Assembly (NCBI GenBank): GCA_965207065.1
Contig: OZ242260.1
Coordinates: forward strand, 64,001 to 128,000
Direction of reading: 5' to 3'
Source: a bacterium
GTDB lineage: Bacteria > UBA8248
Length of the DNA stretch: 64,000 nt
Position numbers and translations under genes: made by a program. Positions within the stretch are counted from its first letter, which is position 1. The number at the start of each line of letters is the position of its first letter. Shown piece after piece: positions 1 through 10,331 of the stretch. The notes under the pieces are model-generated. The model was not told the origin of the DNA. It did not search any database and saw nothing but the letters and a program-made list of their open reading frames with translations.

Positions 1-145
1 TGCGCTTGCAACCTGGCGATACGATCCGAGGATATTGGCTCGGAACCAGATAGTCGATCCACTCTCTCTCTTCGCGCAATTCTGGGACGACCCCGACGAA
101 CGCTTGTCCATGGCCGTCGACCGACTACTGGAGCAATGGACATGA
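1..145 (+). CDS. 3' end of a gene cut by the window edge; probable partner (antitoxin/HTH regulator) of the downstream nucleotidyltransferase
   Basis: Frame 2 reads ALATWRYDPRILARNQIVDPLSLFAQFWDDPDERLSMAVDRLLEQWT* and overlaps the start of 136..909. Confidence 0.6.
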   Translation, partial: ALATWRYDPRILARNQIVDPLSLFAQFWDDPDERLSMAVDRLLEQWT

Positions 146-909
146 TAAAAGGACTTGACCGGTTCCGAGAGTATTTCACCGGGCACGAAGATAGCTACGC
201 GCTTATTGGCGGCGCTGCCTGCGATATTCTTTTCGGCGAAGCCGGACTTGCGTTTCGAGCCACTAAAGACTTCGACATTGTGCTGTGCGTCGAGGTGGTC
301 GGTGTCGAGTTCGGTATGGTCTTTGCGGACTTCCTTGAAGCAGGCGGATATCAGGCCAGAGAGCGCTCGACCGGCAAGCGGGAATTCTACCGCTTTCATC
401 GACCATCCGACGAAACGTTCCCGGCGATGCTCGAACTCTTCGCCCGGCGACCGGACACACTGAAACTGCCCGGCGGAGCCAAACTATCGCCGATACCTGT
501 TGAAGAGAATGTGATCAGCCTTTCGGCCATCCTTATGGATGACGACTATTTCGGATCGATTCAGAAAGCGCGGCGCGTTATCGACGATATAAGCCTTATC
601 GACGAGACAATCCTTATTCCGTTTAAAGCACGCGCTTTTCTCGATCTTTCCAGACGCAAAGCAAATGGTGAAGACGTTGATGCCCGACACATACGAAAGC
701 ACCGCGCCGATGTGTTCCGGCTCGCCCAGCTATTACCGGGTAGCGGCAACCTGCCCCTCGCCAGACCCATTCGGGCTGACTTGGCCGCGTTTCTTGATCA
801 GGTCGCAAGCGATCCGGACTTCGACTACAAGGCGTTGAAGCTACCACTGACATTGCCGGATGCGACGGCAATACTCGATGGATACTATCAGCTCGGCTCT
901 TTTGCCTAG
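136..909 (+). CDS. AbiEii-like nucleotidyltransferase (probable type IV TA toxin)
   Basis: Pol-beta-like motif IGGAAC...RATKDFD; C-terminal KHRADVFRL. Confidence 0.7.
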   Translation: MDMIKGLDRFREYFTGHEDSYALIGGAACDILFGEAGLAFRATKDFDIVLCVEVVGVEFGMVFADFLEAGGYQARERSTGKREFYRFHRPSDETFPAMLELFARRPDTLKLPGGAKLSPIPVEENVISLSAILMDDDYFGSIQKARRVIDDISLIDETILIPFKARAFLDLSRRKANGEDVDARHIRKHRADVFRLAQLLPGSGNLPLARPIRADLAAFLDQVASDPDFDYKALKLPLTLPDATAILDGYYQLGSFA

Positions 910-938
910 GTTGAAATGTATGAAAATCCTTGATGCGC

Positions 939-1038
939 AATTGGGAGCAGGAGAAGCGTTATCCGACCGGCACGGCGCGGGGCCCTGCTGAAGTTGCTCG
1001 ACAAGGCTCCTGAAACCGCGCTACGCCTGCTAACCTGA
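939..1038 (+). pseudogene. 3' remnant of the HTH antitoxin whose intact copy is 37892..38227
   Basis: NWEQEKRYPTG..ALLKLLDKAPETALRLLT* with a frameshift. Confidence 0.85.
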
Positions 1039-1540
1039 GAGGGCTCAAACAAATCGGTCAGGAGTCTCCAGGGAATGGTGGAGCTTTGGGTCAAATTTTA
1101 GGATGCGATAGTATTTTGGCAATAAAGTTATCTGAACATCTCTGAGATAAATGCTTTTGAAGATTCAGGTATCTTGCGCTTTGGCGCATGAATGCCCAAC
1201 AGGAAAATTGCCACCATGATCGCTCAAGTGTGTCATTCAACAAACGGGGGCCCTATTGAAAAAATTTACTTGGGAACGAGCGCGAGAGCCGTCAAATCAA
1301 AGGAATGCCATAGTAAGGGATGGTGAATTCGCCGTTTTGTAGGCCGGAAAGGAAATTATTGTGAGGCGGAAGAAAAGCTCCCCACCCTTGCGCGCGAGCC
1401 GGGACGGCTCATGATTCGGTTTCGATTATAGAGGTTTTTCTCATAACCCGTCGTGAAGGACCTGAGTCCGTACGACATCTGCGGCGATTTTACTTAAAGT
1501 TCGGCGCCGGACGTGTTCTTGCGTGATGCGGCCAGGCGCG

Positions 1541-2371
1541 CTACGCGCCGGGTTGTTCCTTCCGCTTTTCGATGGCCGCGAGCGCCTGCTCTTTATCTTC
1601 TGTGTCTTCCACGCGGCGCGCGGTGTCCACCGCGGCGTCGATTTGCCCGGCTTCGGCCTGCGCCACGGCGATGTCCCGATACGCCCAGGAGCGGTAAAGC
1701 GGCTTGCCGATGCCGCCTGCGGAACTCAGAGCGGCGGGGAAATCTCCCGCACCCGCCTGGCCTGTGGCGATTTCCTGCAAGGCCCAGGAGCGCCAGGAAG
1801 GGTCGCCGATTTCGCGGGCGTTCCGGACGGCAGCGGTGAAATCCCCCGCCCCGGCCAGGGACATGACGTTTTTCCACGCTTGCTCGGAAACGCTCTTTTC
1901 GTCGCGGATATCCTCGATCGCCTCCAGAGCGGCGTTCAGCGTATGGGCAGCGATGGCAGCGGCGGGGCCCCTCTGAACGGCGGAGAAGTGTTTGAGCGCC
2001 ACCATTCGATCGTCGGGGTCGTCGATGCGGCGAATCGTCTCGACGGCTTCGCTGATCTGTCCCGCCCCCGCCTGGGCAATGGCGATCTCCCGCAGGGCGG
2101 AGGCGTGGAAAAGAGAACTCCCGATGCCGCGCGCCGTCTCGATGGCGCCCTCGATGTCCCCCGCCTGCGCCTGTTCGACGGCGCGTTCGCTCAGGTGAAT
2201 GGAGCGGTTGGTGATTTCGCTCAGGAACCGGGCGTTTTGAGCCTCGGGCGTCAGTTCGCGCCCATCGAGCGCCTCCTCCCCGGTATCCGCGCTAACCGGA
2301 GCCGGAGCGGGCTCCCCGGCTTCGCGCCGAGCCCCCGGTAATCGCATGAAACTCCGGAACATGTTTCTCAT
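1541..2371 (-). CDS. TPR-like alpha-helical repeat protein
   Basis: Repeated ALxEIAxAQAxAGxxxxAxxTARxI units; paralog at 36558..37388. Confidence 0.8.
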   Translation of the reverse strand: MRNMFRSFMRLPGARREAGEPAPAPVSADTGEEALDGRELTPEAQNARFLSEITNRSIHLSERAVEQAQAGDIEGAIETARGIGSSLFHASALREIAIAQAGAGQISEAVETIRRIDDPDDRMVALKHFSAVQRGPAAAIAAHTLNAALEAIEDIRDEKSVSEQAWKNVMSLAGAGDFTAAVRNAREIGDPSWRSWALQEIATGQAGAGDFPAALSSAGGIGKPLYRSWAYRDIAVAQAEAGQIDAAVDTARRVEDTEDKEQALAAIEKRKEQPGA

Positions 2372-2727
2372 CCGGCCCCTCGCCTGTCCCGTTCGTGAGC
2401 GGTTGTTCCAATCCCGGGTCGTCTTTCCAGAGGATTGACGCGTAATGCATCGTAAAAATTAATCCTGATTCTTAATACAGGTATTATCCTCGCATTCATT
2501 ATATTTTGCATTCGAAAAGGCGCGTTTATAGCTTTTACCACGTAATTGGCGAGAAAACGAAAAACATGAAAAGGGAGCGCGCCCGATTCCGCATTCGGCA
2601 GGGAAAGAAGAAAGTGGTGCGTCTACCCCTTGATCGCCCCGGCCACGATTCAGGCGGCGGAACCGGTGAGGGCGGCGGAAAAGGACAGTAATCCCTCGCG
2701 TGACGCCGCGCGCGCAATTTCTGTGGG

Positions 2728-4389
2728 CTATGGACGCCGTCCGTCCTTCAAGCGCCGGAAAACCTCCGTTCCCCAGAGCGGAGAATCCATCCTGACGTGA
2801 TCCCAGGGCGTTTTACCGCCCTCGTCCCTTGCCGCCGGGTCGGCGCCGGCGGCAAGCAGGGCCTGCGCGACGGCAGGGACGGCCTTGCCGAAACACGCCG
2901 CCACGTGCAGGGGCGTGCGCCCTTTCCTGTCCCGGGCGTTCGGGGCGGCGCCGGCTTCGACCAGTGCCGTCACGATCCCGGGCGTCCTGCCGCCCGCCGC
3001 ATCATGCAGGGGCGTCCATCCTCTCGTGTCCCGGGCGTTCGGGGCGGCACCGGCATCGATGAGGGCCGTCACGACCCCGGGGGTTGCGCCGGAGCCCGCC
3101 GCACAGTGCAGGGGAGTCACGCCTTCTCCGGTACGCGCGTCCGAATTGGCGCCGGCTTCGATGAGGGCCGCCACAATCCCGGGATGCCTGCCGCCCGCCG
3201 CCGCCCGGTGCAGCGGAGTCCAACCGGCTTCATCCCGCGCGTTCGGGTCGGCGCCCGCCCGGACGAGAACCGACGGCACCTCGGGGATACCGGCGTTCAT
3301 CGCCGCGCGGTGCAAAGCCGTCCGTCCTTTTTCATCTTCCCCTTTCGGGTCGGCGCCCGCCTCCACCAGGGCCGCCACGACACCGACGGCGGAACTGAAT
3401 CGCGCCGCCACGCACAGGGGCGTCTGCCCATCGTACGCGCGCGCGTTCACGTCGGCCCCCGCATCGAGCAGCGCCGCAACGATCCCGGGATTCTTCGCGC
3501 CCGCCGCCGCCCAGTGGAGAGGTGTCCAGCCGGTTTCATCCTGCGCCAGCGCGTCGGCGCCCGCCCGGACGAGAGCCTCCGCCATCTCGGGGGTTTCGCC
3601 GTTCGCCGCCGCCCGGTGCAGGGGGGTCACTCCCTCAAAGCGCGCGTTCACGTCGGCGCCCGCCTGCACCAGTATCGTCACGACTCCGGGGGTCGCGCCG
3701 GAGCCCGCGGCGCGGTCCAGAGGCGTCATTCCCTCCTGGTTCCGTGCGCGCGCGTCGGCGCCGGCCCGCAGCAGCGCGAGCACGACCCCGGGAGTCCTGC
3801 AGCGGGCGGACGCCTCGTGCAGGGGCGTCTCTCCCTTGATGGACCGAGCGTCCGGGTCGGCCCCGCTCCGCACCAGGGCCGTCACGACCCCGGAGGTTCC
3901 GTTGAACCGCGCCGCTGCGTGCAGGGGAGTCCGCCCGTCCCCGGCCCGCGCGTTCGGGTCGGCGCCCGCCTGCGCCAGGGCCGTCACGACTCCGGTGGTC
4001 GCGCTTCGCGCCGCCGCCGCGTGCAGGGGGGTCCATCCGGATTTTTCTACCGCGTTCGGCTCGGCCCCGGCCTGAACCAGAGCCGTTACGACGCCGGGAG
4101 TCGCGCCGAGCGCCGCTGCGTGCAGGGGAGTCGCTCCGTCTTCATCCCGCGCATTCGGGTCGGCCCCGTTTTTCACCAGGGCCGCCACGACCCCGGGCGT
4201 CCTGCCGAACGCCGCCGCCCTGTGAAGAGGGGTCCATCCTCTCTCATCCCGCGCGTTGACATCGGCTCCGTCCTGCAGGCGGCGGAGAGTATCCGCCGCG
4301 CCGGCGCGCTCGAAGAATTCCTTCGTGTTCCAGACCTCGCCGGAATATGCGGTCGCCATCATCGACTCTCCCGTCTCGTTACGGGTCAT
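2728..4389 (-). CDS. Ankyrin-repeat protein (553 aa)
   Basis: Many tandem GxTPLHxAA...VVxALVxAGADPNARD repeats. Confidence 0.95.
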   Translation of the reverse strand: MTRNETGESMMATAYSGEVWNTKEFFERAGAADTLRRLQDGADVNARDERGWTPLHRAAAFGRTPGVVAALVKNGADPNARDEDGATPLHAAALGATPGVVTALVQAGAEPNAVEKSGWTPLHAAAARSATTGVVTALAQAGADPNARAGDGRTPLHAAARFNGTSGVVTALVRSGADPDARSIKGETPLHEASARCRTPGVVLALLRAGADARARNQEGMTPLDRAAGSGATPGVVTILVQAGADVNARFEGVTPLHRAAANGETPEMAEALVRAGADALAQDETGWTPLHWAAAGAKNPGIVAALLDAGADVNARAYDGQTPLCVAARFSSAVGVVAALVEAGADPKGEDEKGRTALHRAAMNAGIPEVPSVLVRAGADPNARDEAGWTPLHRAAAGGRHPGIVAALIEAGANSDARTGEGVTPLHCAAGSGATPGVVTALIDAGAAPNARDTRGWTPLHDAAGGRTPGIVTALVEAGAAPNARDRKGRTPLHVAACFGKAVPAVAQALLAAGADPAARDEGGKTPWDHVRMDSPLWGTEVFRRLKDGRRP

Positions 4390-4859
4390 CCAGGGCGGGG
4401 TATTTCTCGGGGGGAATGAGCGATTCTAGCAGGAATGCGTGTCTGCGCAACTCTTTCGGCGCAACTTGCCGAATCCCGTTTTGAGCGAACCTGATCCGAG
4501 GTAATGTTTCTCCCTCCGCCACGCTGCGGGTCTCGCACCGCTTCTTCCGCACCGTATCGGCCGACGCATCGGGTTGGCGTGACATGAAGTCGCGGGCGGC
4601 TTTTTCGGGATGAAGGCGTCTTCCCGGCGATGAGTTGCGACGCTCCGGTTGGATACGTTCGGCTTCTCCCCCCGCCTGGTGGTAATGATTCCCATTGCCC
4701 ATAGAAGAATCGATATTCACCGAGCGGGAGAAATTGCAAGGATAATGAACGGGCATTCCGTTCATTTCCCGGCTGCGCTGCTGGCGCGATCGGGTTCGTC
4801 TCCTCTATATATAATAGGTCTGGACTCCACGCCGATATCGCAACGACGCAACCCCCCAT

Positions 4860-5100
4860 GCGCCTGATATGACGGAACCCGCAGCGGGAGTTGTTCTCCC
4901 CGGACGAAATCATTCTGCTGCGAATGGGCCTGGAGTTGTTTCCTTTCACGCCGTTTGCCGAACGGATATGGGCATTGCGGAGTAACCTGGCCAGCTGCGA
5001 CGCCTGGTACGTGGCGCCGGGTTGTCCGCTGATTACGCTTGACCTGAAGCTCGGCCGCGCTACGGGTCCGGCCTGCGGCTTTCTCGCCCTGCCCCGCTCA
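4860..5100 (+). pseudogene. VapC/PIN toxin C-terminal relic
   Basis: ERIWALRSNLASCDAWYVA-PGCPLITLDLKLGRA resembles a VapC C-terminus with an internal deletion; N-terminus missing; second copy at ~33715-33960. Confidence 0.65.
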
Positions 5101-5559
5101 CCGACAAGAAAGAAACTCCGAGCCCATGGATGAGTCGAGGACTCGATCCGGAAAACGGCCTTCATCATCATGCCGTCAACGGGGCTGCCGGAACCTCCCG
5201 GTTTTGTGGTTCGGCGCTTCGGGATCCACGCGTCCGGTCCGGTGCGGCCCGCCATCGCCGGCTCGCCTCCCCGAGGGTTTTTCCGTCATCACCCCGTATC
5301 CGCGGCGACGCAACTCGCGGGAAAAATGCCGTTCGGAACGCTCGATTCGCCGCTATTCCGGCGCTCCGCTCATCGGGCATACGCCTGCGGGTCCGGGGGA
5401 TTGCGTTCCGGGGCGGGGAGAAACACGAGGGTATCCCCGGTCGCCCGAGCAACCCTGGAGCGAATGACACAGGAACGATGGCAGGCCGGAAGAAGTCAAG
5501 GGGCAAACGTTTGATGAGACAGGGTCGGCACGCAGGATTCGGCAATAGCCCGCCGGGCA

Positions 5560-6131
5560 AAGGGAATAACTTGACAATCTACCGGAGTTTACTTCATATT
5601 CATATAAACGATAGTGAATAAGGTGATGGTTTCATGTTTCGCCCGCCCGCCGATTGCGGTCTTCTCACCCAGGGCCGAATTTAGCGAGAAAATCACCTTG
5701 ACAAAACGGAAAAAGCTGTAGCAATATCGGTGTAGCAATAGAATCCAGGAGGCGCGATTGACGCGGGGTTGCTCGCCGGGAACGATATACTCAGCTAATG
5801 AGGTTCGGAACAGGCGGGTACTACATCGGGAATTGGCTCCTCGGGGATAACGTTGCAGCCGACCCCGAATGTCTGTATTGAGGTTGCATCGGCCCAAAGG
5901 AAGGTTTCTCGAACGGAGTGGTCGTCACCCGGAAGAGGAGACGGGTTCAACGTAACAGGAAGCTTAATCGGCTGAGCAACTTTTTTAGAATCACGAATCG
6001 TGTACCATTACATTCCGGAAGGCGAGCCCGGTAGTAACCGTCCTCCGGTAATTAATTCAGGAAGACAACCCAGAGTTAGAGATAATGGAATTTAACGGAG
6101 AGGAGGATGCTAGAGATTTAGAGAAAGCCGG
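5560..6131 (+). promoter_or_regulatory. Non-coding leader/promoter region; the copy at 32693-33260 lies upstream of lipoprotein cassette A
   Basis: TTGACA at 5571 and 5698; conserved in the inverted copy, where it runs directly into the lipoprotein 5' UTR. Confidence 0.45.
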
Positions 6132-6327
6132 CAAATACACGTTAAGTTTCTCCCCTCGCCAGTCACCCCACCGAACGCGCTCTGATACGATAAACACCTG
6201 ATTTCATTCACCTTTAACTCAATCGGCATATATTCCGGCGCTTGCAACCTCGTCAGGCGTGTGCTCCAATACGCTCCTGTTTGATGCCGCGTGTTTGCGA
6301 TTTGATTACGGTTTCAGGGGAGGATCC

Positions 6328-7509
6328 ATGCCGAAAAGAAGCGGGATCAGGCTCACGAAGCGCGCCGTCGACGCGCTCTGTGTCGAGGGGAAGGACGCGG
6401 TCTTCTGGGACAGGGAACTGGCCGGTTTCGGGGTGCGCGTCTACCCCACGGGGCGGAAGGTCTACGTGGTGCAATCGAGGGGGCCGCGCGGGCCGAAGCG
6501 CAAGGCGCTGGGCCGTCACGGGGATATATCGTGCGACGAGGCGCGCAAGCTTGCCGCCGCCCTCATCGACCGCATCAAGCGGGGGGAGAACCCCGCACCC
6601 GGTGCGAAACTCACCGTGGCGGGGCTGGCGGAACGCTTCATGCGCGTCCACGTGTCGGCGCACTGCAAACCGCTCACCGCCGTTTCCTACGGCAGCACGC
6701 TGGAGAAGCACGTCCTGCCGTCATTTGGCGAGATGGGGGTCGGCGAGGTCACGGGAGGCGACGTCATGGCCATGCACCACCGCATGCGTGAGACGCCCAA
6801 GGCGGCCGACATAGCGGTCGACGTGCTCTCGAGAATGTATGTGCTGGCCGAGGCGTGGGAACTCATACCGCCCGGGAGCAATCCTTGCTCGGCAGTGCGC
6901 CGCTACCGGAGGCGCCCCCGCGAGCGGTTCCTGACGCCCGAGGAGTTCCGCCGCCTGGGCCGCGCGCTGCGCGAAGCGGAGGCGGAGGGCTCGGCCCGGC
7001 CGTCCACGATTGCGGCGCTCCGCCTCGTGATGCTGACCGGGTGCAGGAAGTGCGAGATTCTGGAACTCAACTGGGACGACGTGGATCTCACGGCGGGGGA
7101 GCTCAGGCTCAGGGACGCGAAGTCGGGGCCGCGCATGGTCCACCTGACGGCGCCCGCGCTCGTGGTGCTCGGTCAAGTCCCGCGCACGCCGGGGGAGGCC
7201 CGCGTGTTCCCCGGGCGGGAAGGGAGGAGCCACAAGCCCTACTTCGACCTGGTCTGGCGGCGGGTGCGGGCTCGCGCGGGACTCGAAGACGTAAGGGTCC
7301 ACGACCTGAGACACTCCTACGCCAGCCGGGCGCTCGCGCTGGGCGAGGGGCTGCCCATGATAGCGAAGCTGCTCGGACACGCGGGGATATCGACGACGGC
7401 GCGCTACGCGCACCTGATGCGCGAGGCGGAGAAGACGGCGGCCGCCCGGGTTGGGGAGAGTATCGGGGTCCATCTGGAGCCTCGGGCCACGGAAGCGCGG
7501 GCGGAATAG
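6328..7509 (+). CDS. Tyrosine integrase with N-terminal arm-binding (DUF4102-like) domain
   Basis: WDRELAGFGVRV N-terminus; TGCRKCE, HDLRH, LGH, TARYAH catalytic motifs; RBS GGAGG before ATG 6328. Confidence 0.93.
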   Translation: MPKRSGIRLTKRAVDALCVEGKDAVFWDRELAGFGVRVYPTGRKVYVVQSRGPRGPKRKALGRHGDISCDEARKLAAALIDRIKRGENPAPGAKLTVAGLAERFMRVHVSAHCKPLTAVSYGSTLEKHVLPSFGEMGVGEVTGGDVMAMHHRMRETPKAADIAVDVLSRMYVLAEAWELIPPGSNPCSAVRRYRRRPRERFLTPEEFRRLGRALREAEAEGSARPSTIAALRLVMLTGCRKCEILELNWDDVDLTAGELRLRDAKSGPRMVHLTAPALVVLGQVPRTPGEARVFPGREGRSHKPYFDLVWRRVRARAGLEDVRVHDLRHSYASRALALGEGLPMIAKLLGHAGISTTARYAHLMREAEKTAAARVGESIGVHLEPRATEARAE

Positions 7510-7525
7510 CGGGGAGGCGCGGGAG

Positions 7526-8731
7526 ATGGCGAAGCTGCAGGGCGGGACGCTCTCGAACCGCATGGTGGAGAAGCTTGTCGTCGAAAAAGACTCTGTTTTC
7601 TGGGATCGCGACCTCACGGGCTTCGGCGTGCGTGTCTACCCCACGGGGAGCAAGGTCTACGTCGCCCAGGTCCGGGGGCCGAAGGGTCCCAGGCGCGTGA
7701 CGGTGGGCCGGCACGGTGTGATCAACGCGGATGAGGCGAGGAAGCGCGCGGCCTCGGTCATCGCGCGGGTGAAGGCGGGCGAGGAAGTAGCGTCCGGACC
7801 GGCGAAGCCCGCGGGAGGCCCCACGGTGGCCGATCTCGCGCGGCGCTACATGGAAGAGCACGTGGCGGTCCGGTGCAAGCCGAGCACCGGGGACCTCGCC
7901 CGCGCGGTGGTATGCAAGCACATCCTGCCGGCCCTGGGCAGGGCGCCGCTTGCGGCGCTCGAGCGCGCGCAGGTGGCGGAGTTGCACCAGCGGCTGGGCA
8001 GGACGCCCTACATGGCGAACATGGTGGTCCGCACCCTGAAGCTGATGTACAGGCTGGGCGAGGGCTGGGGCATGGTCCCCAAGGGATGCAACCCGTGCCG
8101 CGCCATCGTGAAGTATCCCGACCGCAAGCGCGAACGCTTCCTGACCGATAAGGAGTACACCCGCCTGGGGCGCGTCCTGGAGGAGGCCCGAAACAGGCGC
8201 GGTTCGGCGGGAGCGGTGGCGGCCATCCGCCTTTTGATGCTGACCGGGTGCCGGAAGAATGAAATACTCTCGCTTCGCTGGGAGAACGTCTCGCTCGAGG
8301 CGCGCGAATTCAGGCTGCCCGGCGCCAAGACGGGCGCGCGGGTGGTGTCCTTATCGCCGCCGGCGCTCAAGCTCCTCTCCGCCCTGCCCCGGACGCCTGA
8401 GAGCCCGTGGGTTTTTCCCGCCAGGAACCCCGGCGAACACGTACGCTCCGTCCACCATGTCTGGAAGAGCGTCTGTTCGCGCGCCGGTATCGAGAACGTG
8501 CGGGTCCACGACCTTCGCCACTCCTACGCCTCGCGCGCCCTTGCCCTGGGCGAGAGTCTCACGATGATCGGAAAACTCCTGGGGCACTCCCAGATCAAGA
8601 CCACGGCGCGCTACGCGCACCTCGCGCGCGAGTCGGTGCGCGATTCGGCCGAGCGCGTAGCAGCCAGTATTGCCGACGACGTACTGGAGGATGACTGGAG
8701 GCGGGCTATCGGTTCAGAACACGTCCCGTAG
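7526..8731 (+). CDS. Second, tandem tyrosine integrase of the same family
   Basis: WDRDLTGFGVRV; TGCRKNE, HDLRH, LGH, TARYAH. Confidence 0.93.
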   Translation: MAKLQGGTLSNRMVEKLVVEKDSVFWDRDLTGFGVRVYPTGSKVYVAQVRGPKGPRRVTVGRHGVINADEARKRAASVIARVKAGEEVASGPAKPAGGPTVADLARRYMEEHVAVRCKPSTGDLARAVVCKHILPALGRAPLAALERAQVAELHQRLGRTPYMANMVVRTLKLMYRLGEGWGMVPKGCNPCRAIVKYPDRKRERFLTDKEYTRLGRVLEEARNRRGSAGAVAAIRLLMLTGCRKNEILSLRWENVSLEAREFRLPGAKTGARVVSLSPPALKLLSALPRTPESPWVFPARNPGEHVRSVHHVWKSVCSRAGIENVRVHDLRHSYASRALALGESLTMIGKLLGHSQIKTTARYAHLARESVRDSAERVAASIADDVLEDDWRRAIGSEHVP

Positions 8732-8874
8732 CGGCGCGGGCCGCGTCCTTCCGACCTTCCTGATGCGCAAGACTTCTCGCGCTCACTCGCTCTCCGGAGA
8801 ATCGACGCCAGCTCTCATATCCGCATGATGCGCGACCGGGGTCCGGAAAACCATCCACTCCCCGCTTCCGCAGG

Positions 8875-9180
8875 CTATGCGGGGTGATAACGCTTCACGT
8901 TTATCTCGCCCGCCCGCACCCGCATGCGCGAGGCGTCGCACCAGGCCTGCATCCGCAACAACATGTCCATGCTTACGCCGAAAGCCTGCTCGATACGCAG
9001 CGCCATCTCCGGCGACAGCGACGCGTTGCCGTTCAGCAGGGCCGAAAGCGTCGCCCGGCGAACACCGAGAATCTCGGCGCTCCTCGTCACGCTCAAGCCC
9101 AGCGTTTCGAGCACCTCCGTGCGTATGAACCTTCCGGGATGCGACGGGGTCATGCGCACCTCGATACCGTCTCTCGCCAT
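8875..9180 (-). CDS. higA: HigA-family antitoxin
   Basis: PSHPGRFIR...LSPEMALRIEQAFG motif. Confidence 0.9.
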   Translation of the reverse strand: MARDGIEVRMTPSHPGRFIRTEVLETLGLSVTRSAEILGVRRATLSALLNGNASLSPEMALRIEQAFGVSMDMLLRMQAWCDASRMRVRAGEINVKRYHPA

Positions 9181-9470
9181 CAGTGGTAATCCTCCAGATT
9201 GAGATGGTCCATGCGGCCGTCTACTTCGGAAAAAGTAATTCGCCAGTTGCCGGACACCGCAACACTCCACACGCCCCGCCGCGCTCCCCCAAGCCGGTGG
9301 ATGCGCCAGCCGGGAGGCGCTTCGGCGATGAAAGCGTCCATGTCTTCGGCAAGAATCAGCGCCGTCATGATGTTTCGCGCCCTGTCCACCAAATCCTGAC
9401 GCAGGAATCGGGAAGAATCATTTTCAAGCAGGCGACGCAGTCCCCGATGACGAACAGAACGAATGATCAT
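9180..9470 (-). CDS. higB: HigB-family (RelE-like) toxin
   Basis: IRSVRHRGL...WSVAVSGNWRITF...LEDYH; upstream of and overlapping higA. Confidence 0.9.
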   Translation of the reverse strand: MIIRSVRHRGLRRLLENDSSRFLRQDLVDRARNIMTALILAEDMDAFIAEAPPGWRIHRLGGARRGVWSVAVSGNWRITFSEVDGRMDHLNLEDYH

Positions 9471-9661
9471 GTATCCATATGTACGGCAACGCCGTTCGGA
9501 TTGCAACCGGGATGCCCGGTTTCCGCATCTTCCCCTTCCTCCCGAATGAAGGCGCCTGAACTCCGGGCGCCGCCCCGCTCGGGAGCGGCCACCACCATCG
9601 TCCGGACCTTGCCGGGAAGCGATGAGGGCGCATCGGCGCCCTCCGGCCTGGGAATCGCTCT

Positions 9662-10003
9662 CTATTCCGCCATGCGCCTGAGCCCCGTGAGCGGCCGGAG
9701 GCGGACCGTCCGCGAGGCGGGCTTAGCAGGCACGCTGATCTCCTCGCCGCTGAAGGGCAGGATCATCCGGCGCGCCTTTCTCGCAGGCTTGCGCGCGACT
9801 TCGATCTTCAAAAGGCCCGGAAGCGTGAAGACGCCCACGGCGCGTCTTTTGAGGTGACGCGCAATGAGAGTTCCGAGTTCATCGAGCACCAGGGCCACGT
9901 CTTTTTTGTGAAGCCCCGTCGAATCGGACAGCGCACCCAGCAGTTCGGACTTTTTCATCGCCGCCCGTAACGCCGTTTCCTTTCGTTTCGCCTGTTTCGC
10001 CAT
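9662..10003 (-). CDS. HU-family DNA-binding protein
   Basis: KKSELLGALSDSTGL...FTLPGLLKI...PFSGEEISVPAKPAS. Confidence 0.85.
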   Translation of the reverse strand: MAKQAKRKETALRAAMKKSELLGALSDSTGLHKKDVALVLDELGTLIARHLKRRAVGVFTLPGLLKIEVARKPARKARRMILPFSGEEISVPAKPASRTVRLRPLTGLRRMAE

Positions 10004-10331
10004 CCCGCGTCTCCTCTCGATGTTTTCGCCCGCTTCTCCCCGGAGGGTTCGTATCACGCGCCTGCGAACCGCGCCGCCGGACCCGGTGAATATGATTTTT
10101 TCGGTGAACGGATTCTACCGATCATACCCGGTTCCCCGGCGCCGGACAACGCCGCCGGCCGGGTGAAACCACCGAAACCTCCCCGACGAGGCCGCGCCGA
10201 GTCGCCGTCATCCCGCCGCCCGCCGGCGAGAGGTGGAGGCCGGGGAGAGAAGCCCGGGGCCGAGGGTGCGGGATCGAGAGAGAGGCCGCCGCGCCCCTCC
10301 GCCATCGACCCACGACCCGGGAGGATTTTCC

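Larger units (their letters stand above)
939..6131. repeat. Left arm of ~5.2 kb inverted duplication (partner 32693-37990)
   Basis: Reverse complement aligns throughout with 32693-37990: same helical-repeat gene, ankyrin gene, VapC relic and non-coding leader; clear similarity ends at AAAGCCGG 6124-6131. Confidence 0.95.

Noticed and set aside
2797-4419. Long antisense ORFs over the ankyrin genes, integrases, IS1182 and lipoproteins
   Set aside because: Shadow frames of GC-rich real genes; no motifs or RBS
6139-6162. tRNA gene near CTCCCCTCGCCA
   Set aside because: No cloverleaf upstream; at most a degenerate att-like 3' end
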